A DNA stretch of 61,680 bases, filler included. It is 4 parts of 4 records of this genome, joined end to end, with 100 filler letters (N's around TTAATTAATTAA, not from the genome) between each part and the next. Parts side by side here need not be neighbours in the genome. Positions count along the whole stretch, not along the records: positions 37,759 to 54,916 come from SRR20825006_2539; positions 55,017 to 61,680 come from SRR20825006_2552; 2 more parts are not named here. One strand, 5' to 3'. The notes below the pieces were generated by a model. That model was not told the DNA's origin. It did no database searches and was given only the letters and a program-made list of their open reading frames with translations. The position numbers and the translations under genes were made by a program. Shown piece after piece: positions 47,648 through 57,419 of this stretch (position 1 is its first letter; every line of letters starts with the position of its first letter).

Positions 47648-47963
47648 TAACAATCCACCAGTGTGATGTTTGGAGTCCAGCATCAGGTTTAAATATAAAA
47701 TCAATCCTCAAGCATAAAAAAAATCCCCCGGAAGAGCCATACCTTGTATGTGGTATCAAAATGCGTAATGCTGATGTTTTGGAAAGCATCTACCAAAAAT
47801 ATATGCCAAAAAATAATTAAATGATAATCCTCCCAACGACCGGATTGTAGTTTCATAAGAACTGTATGAAAACAGTTCCACAGATGGTAGTTAACAAGTA
47901 AGCGAAAAAAGAATTTAACCATTCTTTTTTCGCTCGATTTCGATTAATGAATTTTCAGGACCC

Positions 47964-48173
47964 TTATTTCCCATTATCCACTTCAAAAGAAATTTTCGCT
48001 ATTATCCCAAAGGAGATAATCTGATTGTTTTCCACCTTTGCGTTCATCTCCTTGATGTACAGCGATTGTATGTTCTGGATACTTTTGGATGCTTCGTTTA
48101 TCGCATTCTTGGCAGCATCATCAAAACTTGTCTCTGAACTTGCAATTATTTCTATAACTTTGATAATTTTCAT
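47964..48173 (-). CDS. Dodecin family protein
   Basis: KVIEIIASSETSFDDA...ASKS...KISFEV, 69 aa. Confidence 0.88.
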   Translation of the reverse strand: MKIIKVIEIIASSETSFDDAAKNAINEASKSIQNIQSLYIKEMNAKVENNQIISFGIIAKISFEVDNGK

Positions 48174-48495
48174 AACATTTCATTTTAAAAGGGTTATACA
48201 ATTATTATTTTCATCCATATGAGTTTTTTCTCCAATACCGTCCAAGCTTTGTTTCTTCTAAAAGATTTAATTAAGTCTTTGGGATCAAGATGGGAGTAAT
48301 ACCCCTGTGGATTCTTCTGTGAAGCTAGAGCATGTAATGCGTTTAAACGATCTTTTTCAAAGAAAAAATTAACGCAATGGAAAATTTTGCTTCCAACCAT
48401 TGATATGAAGAATGGTGTCGCCCCTTTTTAAACATTTTGAAATTTTGATTTGACTCATTAAAAGAGAGAACATAATCGATTCTCCCACGGAACGA

Positions 48496-48610
48496 TTGAG
48501 TATTTTTTTGTGGATTACGATAAAGATAACCAAGGTTTTTATAGCGATGTACTCTCAGAAATCAATGGATCAGCGGAACTTTCATTTTTTATAACAGTGA
48601 TGAAAAGGCT
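48496..48610 (+). pseudogene. Decayed copy of a receiver-domain gene
   Basis: IFFVDYDKDNQGFYSDVLSEINGSAELSFF aligns with IFLVDDDKDDQEFFSDALSKINEAVELSIF of the 41346 gene, then similarity breaks. Confidence 0.7.
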
Positions 48611-48739
48611 TCAGTTACATTATACATTACAAGTCTCAAGGGAAACAAGACAAGAAAACAATAAGGGAGTGGAAAACCTATTGATCCATTCAATAAAAAT
48701 CGATTTCCCTGACACTATCCCTATAATTGATTTCCAGTA

Positions 48740-49201
48740 CTATCTATCTTTTTTTCCACCCTCTATCTTATCATCTATGTAACCAAAAACGATGTTTATG
48801 ATTACTACTAAAAATGTAAGTATGCCCAGTTCCACAAACATTGATGTGGCCGCCAAACTGCCAGCTCCAGCACTGCACCAAAGTGTAGCGGCAGTTGTAA
48901 GGCCCTTAACCCTGTCCTCTTTTTCCTTTTGGAGAATAACCCCTGCGCCCAAGAATCCTATTCCCGTTACAACTTGGCTCAGCACCCTGGTAACGTCGGC
49001 ATAATCCTCACCATAATATCTCAAGGAAATCAGAACAAAGACAGCCGCTCCAATGGCTACGAGGGTATTGGTCTTTAATCCTGCATGTTTTCCTTTGTAC
49101 TCCCGTTCCAAACCAATCAAGAGTCCCGCCATCGTGGCCAAGCCCACCCTAAGGCTGAAATTTATGATTTGCGTCGAGTCATAGGTAAATATTTCTATCA
49201 T
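48740..49201 (-). CDS. MgtC/SapB family membrane protein
   Basis: IGLERE, AGLKT, QVVTGIGFLGAG, GLTTAATLW. Confidence 0.93.
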   Translation of the reverse strand: MIEIFTYDSTQIINFSLRVGLATMAGLLIGLEREYKGKHAGLKTNTLVAIGAAVFVLISLRYYGEDYADVTRVLSQVVTGIGFLGAGVILQKEKEDRVKGLTTAATLWCSAGAGSLAATSMFVELGILTFLVVIINIVFGYIDDKIEGGKKDR

Positions 49202-49630
49202 AACAAAATCTATTAAAAAAACCTCTACTAGCTTTCAATCTCCATTTTCAGTTCCTCCTTATATTACTTTCCGGTATTTTAGTGCCCCTTCCCTACATTT
49301 CATAAAAACTATCTTCGGATAATTTATGGTAACTATAGGAGGTAACCCCGTACTTTTTTCAACCAATCATTGACCTGCTTTCTTTTACCTCTCTATTGAT
49401 TGCGGTCCTAATTTTGAAATTTTTAGATTTATAATGGATTAAGCTACACTTTTTACTTCCGCTGACTTATCGTAGAAAACCAAAATATTGACGCTAAAGC
49501 CCCCTGTGGCCTCAGTTGAAGATGTTGACAATTTTCTATTTTTCAAAGGTAAACGAGATAAGCTTACCCAGTACATTTATACCATTTAGTAAAACGTAAA
49601 GAGGTTTTAGCACTAAATCATTTTTTTATC

Positions 49631-49856
49631 ATGCTAAATCCCAGTATAAAGAACGAAGGACAATATGAGGTTTTGTACGATAGAAGTTACAGTAGGGAAA
49701 AACGGCTAGGATTGCCAATACAAAAAAGTTGGAAAAGCAAGCCCCCTATAAGGAATGGACAAAAGACGAACTTTATGAAAAGCTAATAAATTAAGTATTA
49801 GAGGCCGTTCAATAATGTCAAAATAGGCACTTCTAACGGCTTTGCAAAACCTTTGA
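49631..49856 (+). pseudogene. Frameshifted small protein with a Rho-N-terminal-like domain
   Basis: Across two frameshifts and one stop: MLNPSIKNEGQYEVLYDRSYSREK/ARIANT...PYKEWTKDELYEK/ANKLSIRGRSIMSK*ALLTALQNL, matching the YEAL...SKEKAARIAN...WTKDELYEKA...GRS.M.K pattern. Confidence 0.75.
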
Positions 49857-50081
49857 GCACATCTTGCTCAGTACCAAATAAATAGAAGATGTATCATCTG
49901 CTTAAATCGAGCGGTTACAGGGGCAGTGGTTTCGATTCTTTCTAGTTGTTGGAAAGAAACCTCTGGTGGTATAAAACCGATAGGGCTAAAATAATAACAT
50001 GTTGATTTGCACACCTATTTGATTGGATTGCGTCACAGAAACAATACCAATAGAGGTATTTTTAATCTCAATTCCATAAAA

Positions 50082-50900
50082 ATGCAAAAGCCCAATAAAA
50101 GACTCAAAAATCAGACTTGTATTGTAACCGGTTCAAGTTCCGGGATTGGAAAAGCCATTGCCAAATCCATGGGAATGGAAGGTGCCAATATCGTTGTTAA
50201 TTATCATAGGGAAAAAAAAGAAGCAGAAGATGTTGCCAATTGGATCAATAAAGAATCCAGGTGTGGTGAAGCTATAGTCATCCAATGTGATGTCAGCAAC
50301 GAGAAAGAGGTGACAGTAATGTTCAAAAAAACGATTTCCCATTTTGGCACTTTAGACGTCTGCGTGGCCAATGCGGGCATCCAAATTGACCATCCTTTGC
50401 ATGAAATGCCGTTGGATGCTTGGCAAAAAGTAATCGATGTCAATCTAACAGGACAATTTTTATGTGCCCGGGAAGCCATCAAGGAATTCTTAAGACGGGG
50501 CATGCGCAAGGAAGTTTCAAAATCTTTGGGAAAAATAATCCATATGAGCTCGGTACATGAGGAAATACCTTGGGCTGGCCATGCAAATTATGCCGCATCA
50601 AAAGGCGCTTTGCCTATGTTGATGGAAAGCATCTGTCAGGAATATGCATCCAAAAAAATCAGATGTAACAGCATTGCACCCGGAGCTATCAAAACGAACA
50701 TCAACAAAAAAGTTTGGGAAGATGAAAAAAAGAAGAAAGAATTGCTTAAGCTCATACCCTATCAGAGAATCGGGATTCCAGAAGATATTGGGAGCGTGGC
50801 AAGCTGGTTGGCATCAGATGAATCCGAGTACATCAATGGCACCACGATTTTTGTGGATGGTGGAATGACCTGCTATCCGGGCTTTGCAACAAATGGCTAA
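50082..50900 (+). CDS. Glucose 1-dehydrogenase-like SDR
   Basis: TGSSSGIG, ANAG, MSSVHEEIPW, YAASK, APGAIKTNIN; start at ATG 50082. Confidence 0.9.
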   Translation: MQKPNKRLKNQTCIVTGSSSGIGKAIAKSMGMEGANIVVNYHREKKEAEDVANWINKESRCGEAIVIQCDVSNEKEVTVMFKKTISHFGTLDVCVANAGIQIDHPLHEMPLDAWQKVIDVNLTGQFLCAREAIKEFLRRGMRKEVSKSLGKIIHMSSVHEEIPWAGHANYAASKGALPMLMESICQEYASKKIRCNSIAPGAIKTNINKKVWEDEKKKKELLKLIPYQRIGIPEDIGSVASWLASDESEYINGTTIFVDGGMTCYPGFATNG

Positions 50901-51062
50901 AAAGAATATTTTGAACGGGCATACAGGGAAAAACAGCAGTAGCTACAGGTCTCGATAGAGCAAGTGAAAGATTGAGCAAGCCTTATCAATGAGAGCACTT
51001 GTAAAATTGATGCGGGTTCCATTATATCGGCCTTTGGCTAGTTGAATTGAAAATCTTAAAAA

Positions 51063-51542
51063 ATGAGAATCATGAAATTGAACAAAAACAACGATTGGCT
51101 ACCCAATATTGAAACCCTACTGGCAGAATTAAAGGCTGCAGAAGAGACATATGGTACTCTTGTAACGGCAGATGTATATCCTCATAAACGGCCATATTTT
51201 AAAAGGCGCCATTTTAAAATGGCATACAATGCCTTAGTATTGGAAGATGAACTTGATACCATTACAGGAGGTCGATATACGAGACCCGATATAGCCAAGG
51301 ACAGCATTTTTGAGTCTATGGGAACCACGATTTTGGAGAAATCCATGTCCAATGATGAAGTAGATGTCCTTATCTTTCACAAAGAGCGGGAACTTGTCCA
51401 ATCCTATCAAAAAGTCTTGATTTATCAAAATCTTCCCGGGGTAACTATTTCCATTCTCCAGTCACAAACGGAAGAATTGAACGACCTGCTGTTGGGATTG
51501 ATAATTGATTTACAGGTTAAAATCTACAAAAGGAATACGTGA
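51063..51542 (+). CDS. Hypothetical protein, possibly a divergent DUF2383/PA2169 ferritin-like protein
   Basis: Helical pattern AEETY...YFKRR...ERELVQSYQKVL...LP...ILQSQ resembles the 53069 gene product. Confidence 0.6.
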   Translation: MRIMKLNKNNDWLPNIETLLAELKAAEETYGTLVTADVYPHKRPYFKRRHFKMAYNALVLEDELDTITGGRYTRPDIAKDSIFESMGTTILEKSMSNDEVDVLIFHKERELVQSYQKVLIYQNLPGVTISILQSQTEELNDLLLGLIIDLQVKIYKRNT

Positions 51543-51996
51543 CAGAACAATTTTTGACTGATTGATATAAAAACCCTAGACCATTTTATTTTTTTATGGT
51601 CTTTTTGTCACTATCGAGCTTGCTGGTTTTGATAGCGATGTTCTTTTTCTGTTTGTGGGATTGTGCTAATTTACTTTTCTTTTGTTTTCTGTAATGGTCA
51701 TAATTTTTTAACTCAAATTCACTATCCGTCACACTTTGCTACCTATTGGGTAACGAGCTCATTTTTAATTCACATCAAATTAGAAAACTTCCAAGCCAGT
51801 CCAGAATCTTAGATACCAAGGAAAATTAGCGGCTATTCGATATCATCCAACATTTTTTCGATTGAGCAAATGAAACCTTCATGGTAAGATTACATTTAAA
51901 TTAATCTTACGACCCTCCATTGCATTTTGGTAATCTGAACAACAAACATTGGGTCTCTGGGGTGCAGTGTTTATCCATATTAATAAAAAATGAGTT

Positions 51997-52320
51997 ATGA
52001 TTTCCAATCATGAAAGTTGTATAAGAGCCTGCCAACAATGTTTTATCGATTGTCAAATCTGTTTAACACAAATGGCTGGAAAACAAAGTGACAACGATTG
52101 TCCCTACTGTTGCATACAGTGCATGGATGCATGTCTTCTATGCATTAAGTTCTTGGTGGGTGGCATTAAGTTCACAAAAGAATACTGTCTATTGTGTGCC
52201 AAAGTATGTAAGTGGTGTGCCGAACAATGTCAACAACACGAACATGACCATTGTAAAGTATGTGCAGCCTCCTGTTTGACCTGTGCCCATGAATGCAGAA
52301 CGTATGCAGCCATTAAGTAA
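51997..52320 (+). CDS. Four-helix-bundle copper storage protein (Csp3/DUF326-like)
   Basis: Dense CxxxC/CxxC repeats and the HEHDHC motif, no signal peptide. Confidence 0.9.
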   Translation: MISNHESCIRACQQCFIDCQICLTQMAGKQSDNDCPYCCIQCMDACLLCIKFLVGGIKFTKEYCLLCAKVCKWCAEQCQQHEHDHCKVCAASCLTCAHECRTYAAIK

Positions 52321-53068
52321 GGGTACAACAGCCTTATCATATAAAATGATGAACAGAAAAAAGAGTTTCATAGATAATGAAGAAGTTAAAAAAAAGTAAA
52401 AGCTCAACAACGAGCTTATGATTATGATGATCGTAACCAAGTGAATCCCAACTAAAATACTTAAGAAGCGAGACATTTTGATTGTTCCTGGCTACCATAA
52501 GGAGTTGAAAATGTACAACAATTGTATTTTGTTTTCGATTTTTTGATTTTAAAAAAGAAGAACCACAATCTGTGTCTTTAATAATTTTATATTCCCATAC
52601 AACATGGGTTTTGTCATAGGTTAAAAAGGTATGATTTGACTTTCTTGATTTATTTAAACGGATTACTTTGAAAAGCACGGTTTCAATGGATTATCCCTTA
52701 CTACCCCGAAACCACCCACTTCCAAGACTGTGGTTTAGACGATAACCCAATAGGTTGAATTCTTTTTCAAGATGATATGCATTGAATCCCAAAGGCCCAC
52801 ATGGCTTCCTAGCTTATCTATTGTTTAGCCAACGAAAGTGTTTCCTACAGATCATGAAATATTTCAAATCTGAAGACGATTGAACCATTCCATTAACGCG
52901 TTCTGCAAAGACATCACCCTCAGATATTTATTCTGTATGACCCTCTGGCAAAGTAACTAAATGAGTTCATAATGAAATTTATTGCATTAAACAAATAGCC
53001 CCCACAATAGTAATTTTAGGGAAAATGCCATTCGGTAGGCATATGGGTTACCGATAACCTTATATATT

Positions 53069-53516
53069 ATGAACAATAGAATCAAAGAAATCGAGAACAA
53101 TTTGAATGACATTATCCAAAAAAATGAAGATGCCATCAAAGGGTATGAAAAAGCAGCCGAAAATGCCAATGAAATGGGCCTACAAACCTATTTTAGGAAC
53201 AAAGTCAGAGAGCGCAGCAATTTTCTGGCTGAATTAAGGGGGGCAGCCCCATCATTAACGCCCAAGAGCGACATGGATGGCAGCACAACCGGAGCCATGC
53301 ACCGAGCTTGGATGGACGTAAAAGCTTTCTTTTCAACGGACAATGATGAATCGATGTTGGAAGGCCATACGAGGGGATAGAGCTGCTTACAAGGAATATA
53401 ACGAAGTACTGGCCGATGGGGATTTGCCCATTGAAGCAGCCAACATCATTAGTAAACAGAGAGATCGAATCAAAAAGGATCTCAGCGAGATTAAATCAAT
53501 GGAGGATGTAAGGTAA
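53069..53516 (+). pseudogene. PA2169/DUF2383 ferritin-like gene with a frameshift near 53363
   Basis: KNEDAIKGYEKAAE...HRAWMDVK...DNDESMLE; the family sequence resumes in the +1 frame as AIRGDRAAYKEYNEVL...MEDVR* (stop 53514-53516). Confidence 0.88.
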
Positions 53517-53535
53517 GTCATCGGTCCAATAAATA

Positions 53536-53570
53536 AAAAGTCGGCCAAGAGCCGACTTTTGCGCTTTTTT
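53536..53570 (+). terminator. Intrinsic terminator
   Basis: AAAAGTCGGC-CAAGA-GCCGACTTTT followed by a T-rich tail, 20 bp after the restored stop. Confidence 0.8.
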
Positions 53571-53703
53571 GGGCTGCGAACTCGCCCAAGTTGAAAAAGG
53601 ATTGGGAACCCTTGCTTACGGATTACTTCCTGGACGCCATCCGATCACTATTATATGGTGGTATCCAAAGATTCAATATAGTATTGACACCAACCCTCCA
53701 CAC

Positions 53704-54234
53704 ATGATTATGGAAAAATGGTTTGACGCATCGTTGACTTCTTTATTTGCCATTACAATTTCTGCTTTGGGAATTTATGTGGCTGTCATTGTCTATACAC
53801 GCATCTTTGGAAAACGAAGTTTTTCCAAAATGTCCAGTTTCGACTTTGCAATGACAGTTGCAGTAGGTTCCATAATTGCCACAACTGTACTGAGTTCCTC
53901 GGTGAGTTTATTACAAGGTGTAATCGGACTTCTCTCGGTGTATGTGCTTCAATTGACCGCAGCGGTGTTTCGGCGCAACAAACGCTTTCAAAAAGCAATA
54001 GACAACACACCGCTATTGCTCATGGATGGGAAGAAAATCCTGCACGACAACTTAAGAAAGGCCCGAGTTACCGAATCGGACCTTCGATCAAAATTACGGG
54101 AGTCGAATGTAATTGAATTGAAACAGATTCGAGCCGTTGTCTTTGAAACTACTGGAGATATTTCTGTACTTCATTCAACTGATGACAATAACAAGCTAGA
54201 AGGCTGGCTTGTACAGGACGTAAAGGAAGAATAA
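53704..54234 (+). CDS. DUF421 (YetF) family membrane protein
   Basis: GKRSFSKMSSFDF, PLLLMDG, LRSKLRE, VFETTGDISV; the TTG extension from 53569 is unlikely. Confidence 0.9.
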   Translation: MIMEKWFDASLTSLFAITISALGIYVAVIVYTRIFGKRSFSKMSSFDFAMTVAVGSIIATTVLSSSVSLLQGVIGLLSVYVLQLTAAVFRRNKRFQKAIDNTPLLLMDGKKILHDNLRKARVTESDLRSKLRESNVIELKQIRAVVFETTGDISVLHSTDDNNKLEGWLVQDVKEE

Positions 54235-54237
54235 TTT

Positions 54238-54501
54238 ATGGACTGGACCGAAATACTGGGGCTTGTTGCGGGAATCTGTACTACTTCAGCAGTCATCCCA
54301 CAGATAAAAAAGGCATGGAAGACCAAGAAAGTGGAAGATGTTTCACCTGTGATGTTCGGTATACTTATTCTTGGGGTGGGTATGTGGGTGGGGTATGGCA
54401 TTATTAAAAATGACTTTCCCATTATTGCGACAAATGGACTCTCCTTGGGACTCAACATGATTATGCTATATTTAATGGTGCGCTTTAAAAAGCAAGACTA
54501 A
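54238..54501 (+). CDS. SemiSWEET (PQ-loop) sugar transporter
   Basis: 87 aa, 3 TM; TTSAVIPQIKKAWKTK...DVS...W..YG...PIIATN. Confidence 0.9.
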   Translation: MDWTEILGLVAGICTTSAVIPQIKKAWKTKKVEDVSPVMFGILILGVGMWVGYGIIKNDFPIIATNGLSLGLNMIMLYLMVRFKKQD

Positions 54502-54740
54502 GTGAAAACGCCAAAAATAGTAACCTCCTTCGTCGGATAAAATTGAGCAACCCCAACACAACACAAAGATTTGAATTTCCATTCAATACCTCAGAAAATT
54601 GGATGAAGCAAATTTTCCGTTTATGATGGCCTCAACCATCCGGTTCATCCATGTTTGAGCATTTATTGGAGAAACCACCACCATTTGATACATGACGCAA
54701 AAAAGGTCAATGGCCGGATTCACTGGAACCATGAAGAAGT

Positions 54741-54916
54741 GTGACCATTAACTATAACAAATGGACCACCCTTATGGGTTGGGGAGTGTACCTGCTCTGT
54801 CTATTGGTATATACATTAATGGTTGAACCTACAGTAAACTTATGGGATTCTGGTGAGAATATTTTCTCATCGCCAAATTGCAGATAGCCCATCCTCCGGG
54901 AGCACCTTTGTTCCAG
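54741..54916 (+). pseudogene. Frameshifted 5' fragment of a DUF2723 membrane glycosyltransferase-like gene at the contig end
   Basis: KWTTLMGWGVY...VEPTVNLWDSGE, then after a frameshift AKLQIAHPPGAPLFQ (WD.GE...HPPGAP signature). Confidence 0.75.
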
Positions 54917-55016
54917 NNNNNNNNNNNNNNNNNNNNNNNNNNNNNNNNNNNNNNNNNNNNTTAATTAATTAANNNNNNNNNNNNNNNNNNNNNNNNNNNN
55001 NNNNNNNNNNNNNNNN
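54917..55016. other. Artificial contig-joining spacer
   Basis: N44-TTAATTAATTAA-N44. Confidence 0.99.
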
Positions 55017-55023
55017 TGTATTA

Positions 55024-55060
55024 TCAGCACTTTTTAATTAGTACTAAACACAAATATAGT
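55024..55060 (-). promoter_or_regulatory. 37-bp promoter/operator element, copy A
   Basis: 34/37 identical to 57360-57396; minus strand reads TATATTTG (-7 element) then TTAGTACT-N8-AGTGCTGA. Confidence 0.65.
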
Positions 55061-55244
55061 TATTTAAATAAATTGTATAATGGATGTTAAGTTGCTAGTT
55101 ACTAATCTTGTACTACTTGTCTACTGTTTATTTAAGGATATGATTTTATGGTATAAACGAAAATAAAAGGGTATTTTATTAGGGTTTTATTAGGATGGAT
55201 GTGGCACCTATTGTGTTTGATGGTAAAATACTTTGATGAGGATT

Positions 55245-56519
55245 TTATTTGGTTGATTTCTCCATTTGGGAGCTTATGAAAGGGATTCTTGGAGCAAGGA
55301 AATACCCAGTTAGGCTTGCAAATAATATTGGGACAAAATGCCCAAAGCCTGTTAAGGTTGCCAATAGTATTGTTGTGCTCATTGGGGTTCTGGTTACACA
55401 TGCGTTTATTGCAGCCATACAGCTTACTATAGCAAGTGTTGGATTTATTGATGGAATTAATTGGTGAATTATTAATCCTAAGGTTGCTCCTACAAAAAAC
55501 AGTGGGATTATAAACCCTCCACGCCAGCCTGATGTTACAGTTATGGAAATAGCTATAATTTTAAAGATTAAAATTGCAAATAATAGCTTTAGTGAGAATG
55601 TTCCCATTAGCAGTTCATTTATTTCATGATGACCAAAATATCTGGTTATGGGGAGGTAAAATGCAATAACACCTAGTAGGATACCTCCTATTAGTGTTTT
55701 TATATAAATTGGGATTGGTTTTTTTTCGAATATGGTTTTAAAAAACTTAGTACAAAAGATAAATACCCAGCCTAATGCGGCGCCTACGATAGCAAATAGT
55801 ACTGCATACCCAAAGTCGAAAATCCCCGAATACTCATAGGCAGACAAATCCCAAATTGGGCCTAAGCCTAAGTGAATGATGAGTGCAAACACCAAATAAC
55901 TAAAGGAGCTTGCTACAAAGGCAGGGATAATTGCTTTGTAATATTCAACGGCATGTTTATGGTGAAGTATTTCTAGTGAGAAGAGGGTGCCACCAAGCGG
56001 GGCACCAAATAGTGCTGTAAAACCTGACGCCATCCCTGCAATGCTGAGTGACCTTAACTCCTCCCCTTTAAGTCGGAATAGCTTACCTATCCAGGTACCA
56101 GTAGAGCCTGTAATTTGTACTAGGGGTGCTTCTGGCCCGAGGCTTCCTCCTGAGGCAACGCATAGCAGGGAGGAGAGAATCATTGAGGGGTTATTTTTAG
56201 CGTCTAGCTTGCCTTTGTTAAAACGGATGTTGTTTACTATTAGGTGTATTTCGCCTGGGTCTCCTATAAAATGAATTATTAAACCTGCTAGCAAGCCACA
56301 GAGAGCCATTACCGGAATTACTTGCCAGCCATTAAAGAAGGCAATTTGATGGGTTAGAAATTCAAGTGCTATCCAATAGGCGCCTGCAATTACACCACCT
56401 ATTAAGCCTAGCAATGCCCATAATAGAAAGGTTCGGCTGAAAACAAATGGGTTAAAACGGACAGGTTGATCTAAGATATTTAGATAGGTAACTAACTTTC
56501 TTCTTCGTTTTAACTTCAC
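55245..56519 (-). CDS. CLC (voltage-gated chloride channel) family protein
   Basis: GGSLGPEAP, GFTALFGAPLGG.LFSLE, GWRGGFIIPLFFVGA, TRTP; many TM segments; GTG start. Confidence 0.9.
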   Translation of the reverse strand: MKLKRRRKLVTYLNILDQPVRFNPFVFSRTFLLWALLGLIGGVIAGAYWIALEFLTHQIAFFNGWQVIPVMALCGLLAGLIIHFIGDPGEIHLIVNNIRFNKGKLDAKNNPSMILSSLLCVASGGSLGPEAPLVQITGSTGTWIGKLFRLKGEELRSLSIAGMASGFTALFGAPLGGTLFSLEILHHKHAVEYYKAIIPAFVASSFSYLVFALIIHLGLGPIWDLSAYEYSGIFDFGYAVLFAIVGAALGWVFIFCTKFFKTIFEKKPIPIYIKTLIGGILLGVIAFYLPITRYFGHHEINELLMGTFSLKLLFAILIFKIIAISITVTSGWRGGFIIPLFFVGATLGLIIHQLIPSINPTLAIVSCMAAINACVTRTPMSTTILLATLTGFGHFVPILFASLTGYFLAPRIPFISSQMEKSTK

Positions 56520-56942
56520 TTTTTTAGTTCTATTTTATTTAGTTTCTGCAATATGGGGGATATGCAGTTGTTTTGTAGCTTGTTGCTTTAGCTATTGTAT
56601 GTTTATGTTTGAATGTGGTGTAGGTTCCCTCCTATTTAGAATGTAAATTTTTGATGCCTTATGTAGAAACACTTTTCTATTTTTTAGCAATTTGAATTAT
56701 GTCAAAAATACTAAACTCTTTTGGGAAAGTTTCTTTATTATAAGAGAAGATTTTTTGGTTGGAGCTACTATTGTTTTTATATGTGGGGTGGTGGTTCTTG
56801 GAATCCAAAAAATAAATAGGGTGTGATTTTAGTGTGTCAATATGTACGCCTAACTATTAAACTTAGAAAATTAATGGCGTACGTGAAATGTGTTTTGGGA
56901 GGCTTGATGGTAAAAAAAAATTATTCTAATAGTTCTTGAATA

Positions 56943-57314
56943 TTATCCTTTATAGTAGGGACATTGTTTTTTTCTTTCATGGTTAGTGTTATAACAATCG
57001 TATTTTTCAAGTTGTTCGTGTATTTTTGTTGCCAACCCTTGCACTCTAATTTGTCTTTCTGTTTCTGTCCACCAAAAAGTAAGTGCTACTTTTTCATTGC
57101 TCTCTATTTCAATTCCTTTTCTTGAGTTTAGAGAACCAGTAATAATAAAACAATTGTCAACTAATTCTTTAAATGAAACAAATGGTGCATTTGGATATTT
57201 ATCTATACCAACTGTAGATAAACAAACAGCTGTCGGAATTCGAGTTTTTGATAGTTTTTTTTCTTCCTCAAACCATTTCGAAAAAAGTGATATTGGTTGA
57301 TTAATGTTCATCAT
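56943..57314 (-). pseudogene. pdxH: 3'-truncated pyridoxine/pyridoxamine 5'-phosphate oxidase
   Basis: P..LF.KWFEE, PTAVCLSTV, SRKG, VALTFWW...RQIRVQG; the ORF ends at 123 aa without the PdxH C-terminal half. Confidence 0.75.
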
Positions 57315-57359
57315 TTTAAATTATAGGGCGTTTTTTAAGCATATAGATAATTTATAATC

Positions 57360-57396
57360 TCAGCATTTTTTAATTAGTGCTATACACAAATATAGT
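57360..57396 (-). promoter_or_regulatory. 37-bp promoter/operator element, copy B, upstream of pdxH
   Basis: 34/37 identical to 55024-55060; contains TATATTTG on the minus strand. Confidence 0.65.
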
Positions 57397-57419
57397 GTTT
57401 TGGGATAAGGAGGGGAAAA

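Noticed and set aside
38770-52900. Recurrent WTTAAC/CTTAA-like words upstream of several stress-island genes
   Set aside because: Could be a regulon motif, but cannot be separated from AT-rich background without motif statistics.
56844-56882. GTACGCC-N25-GGCGTAC inverted repeat, reminiscent of a cassette (attC-like) boundary
   Set aside because: Single short copy with a poorly paired interior; no integrase or second site in the contig.
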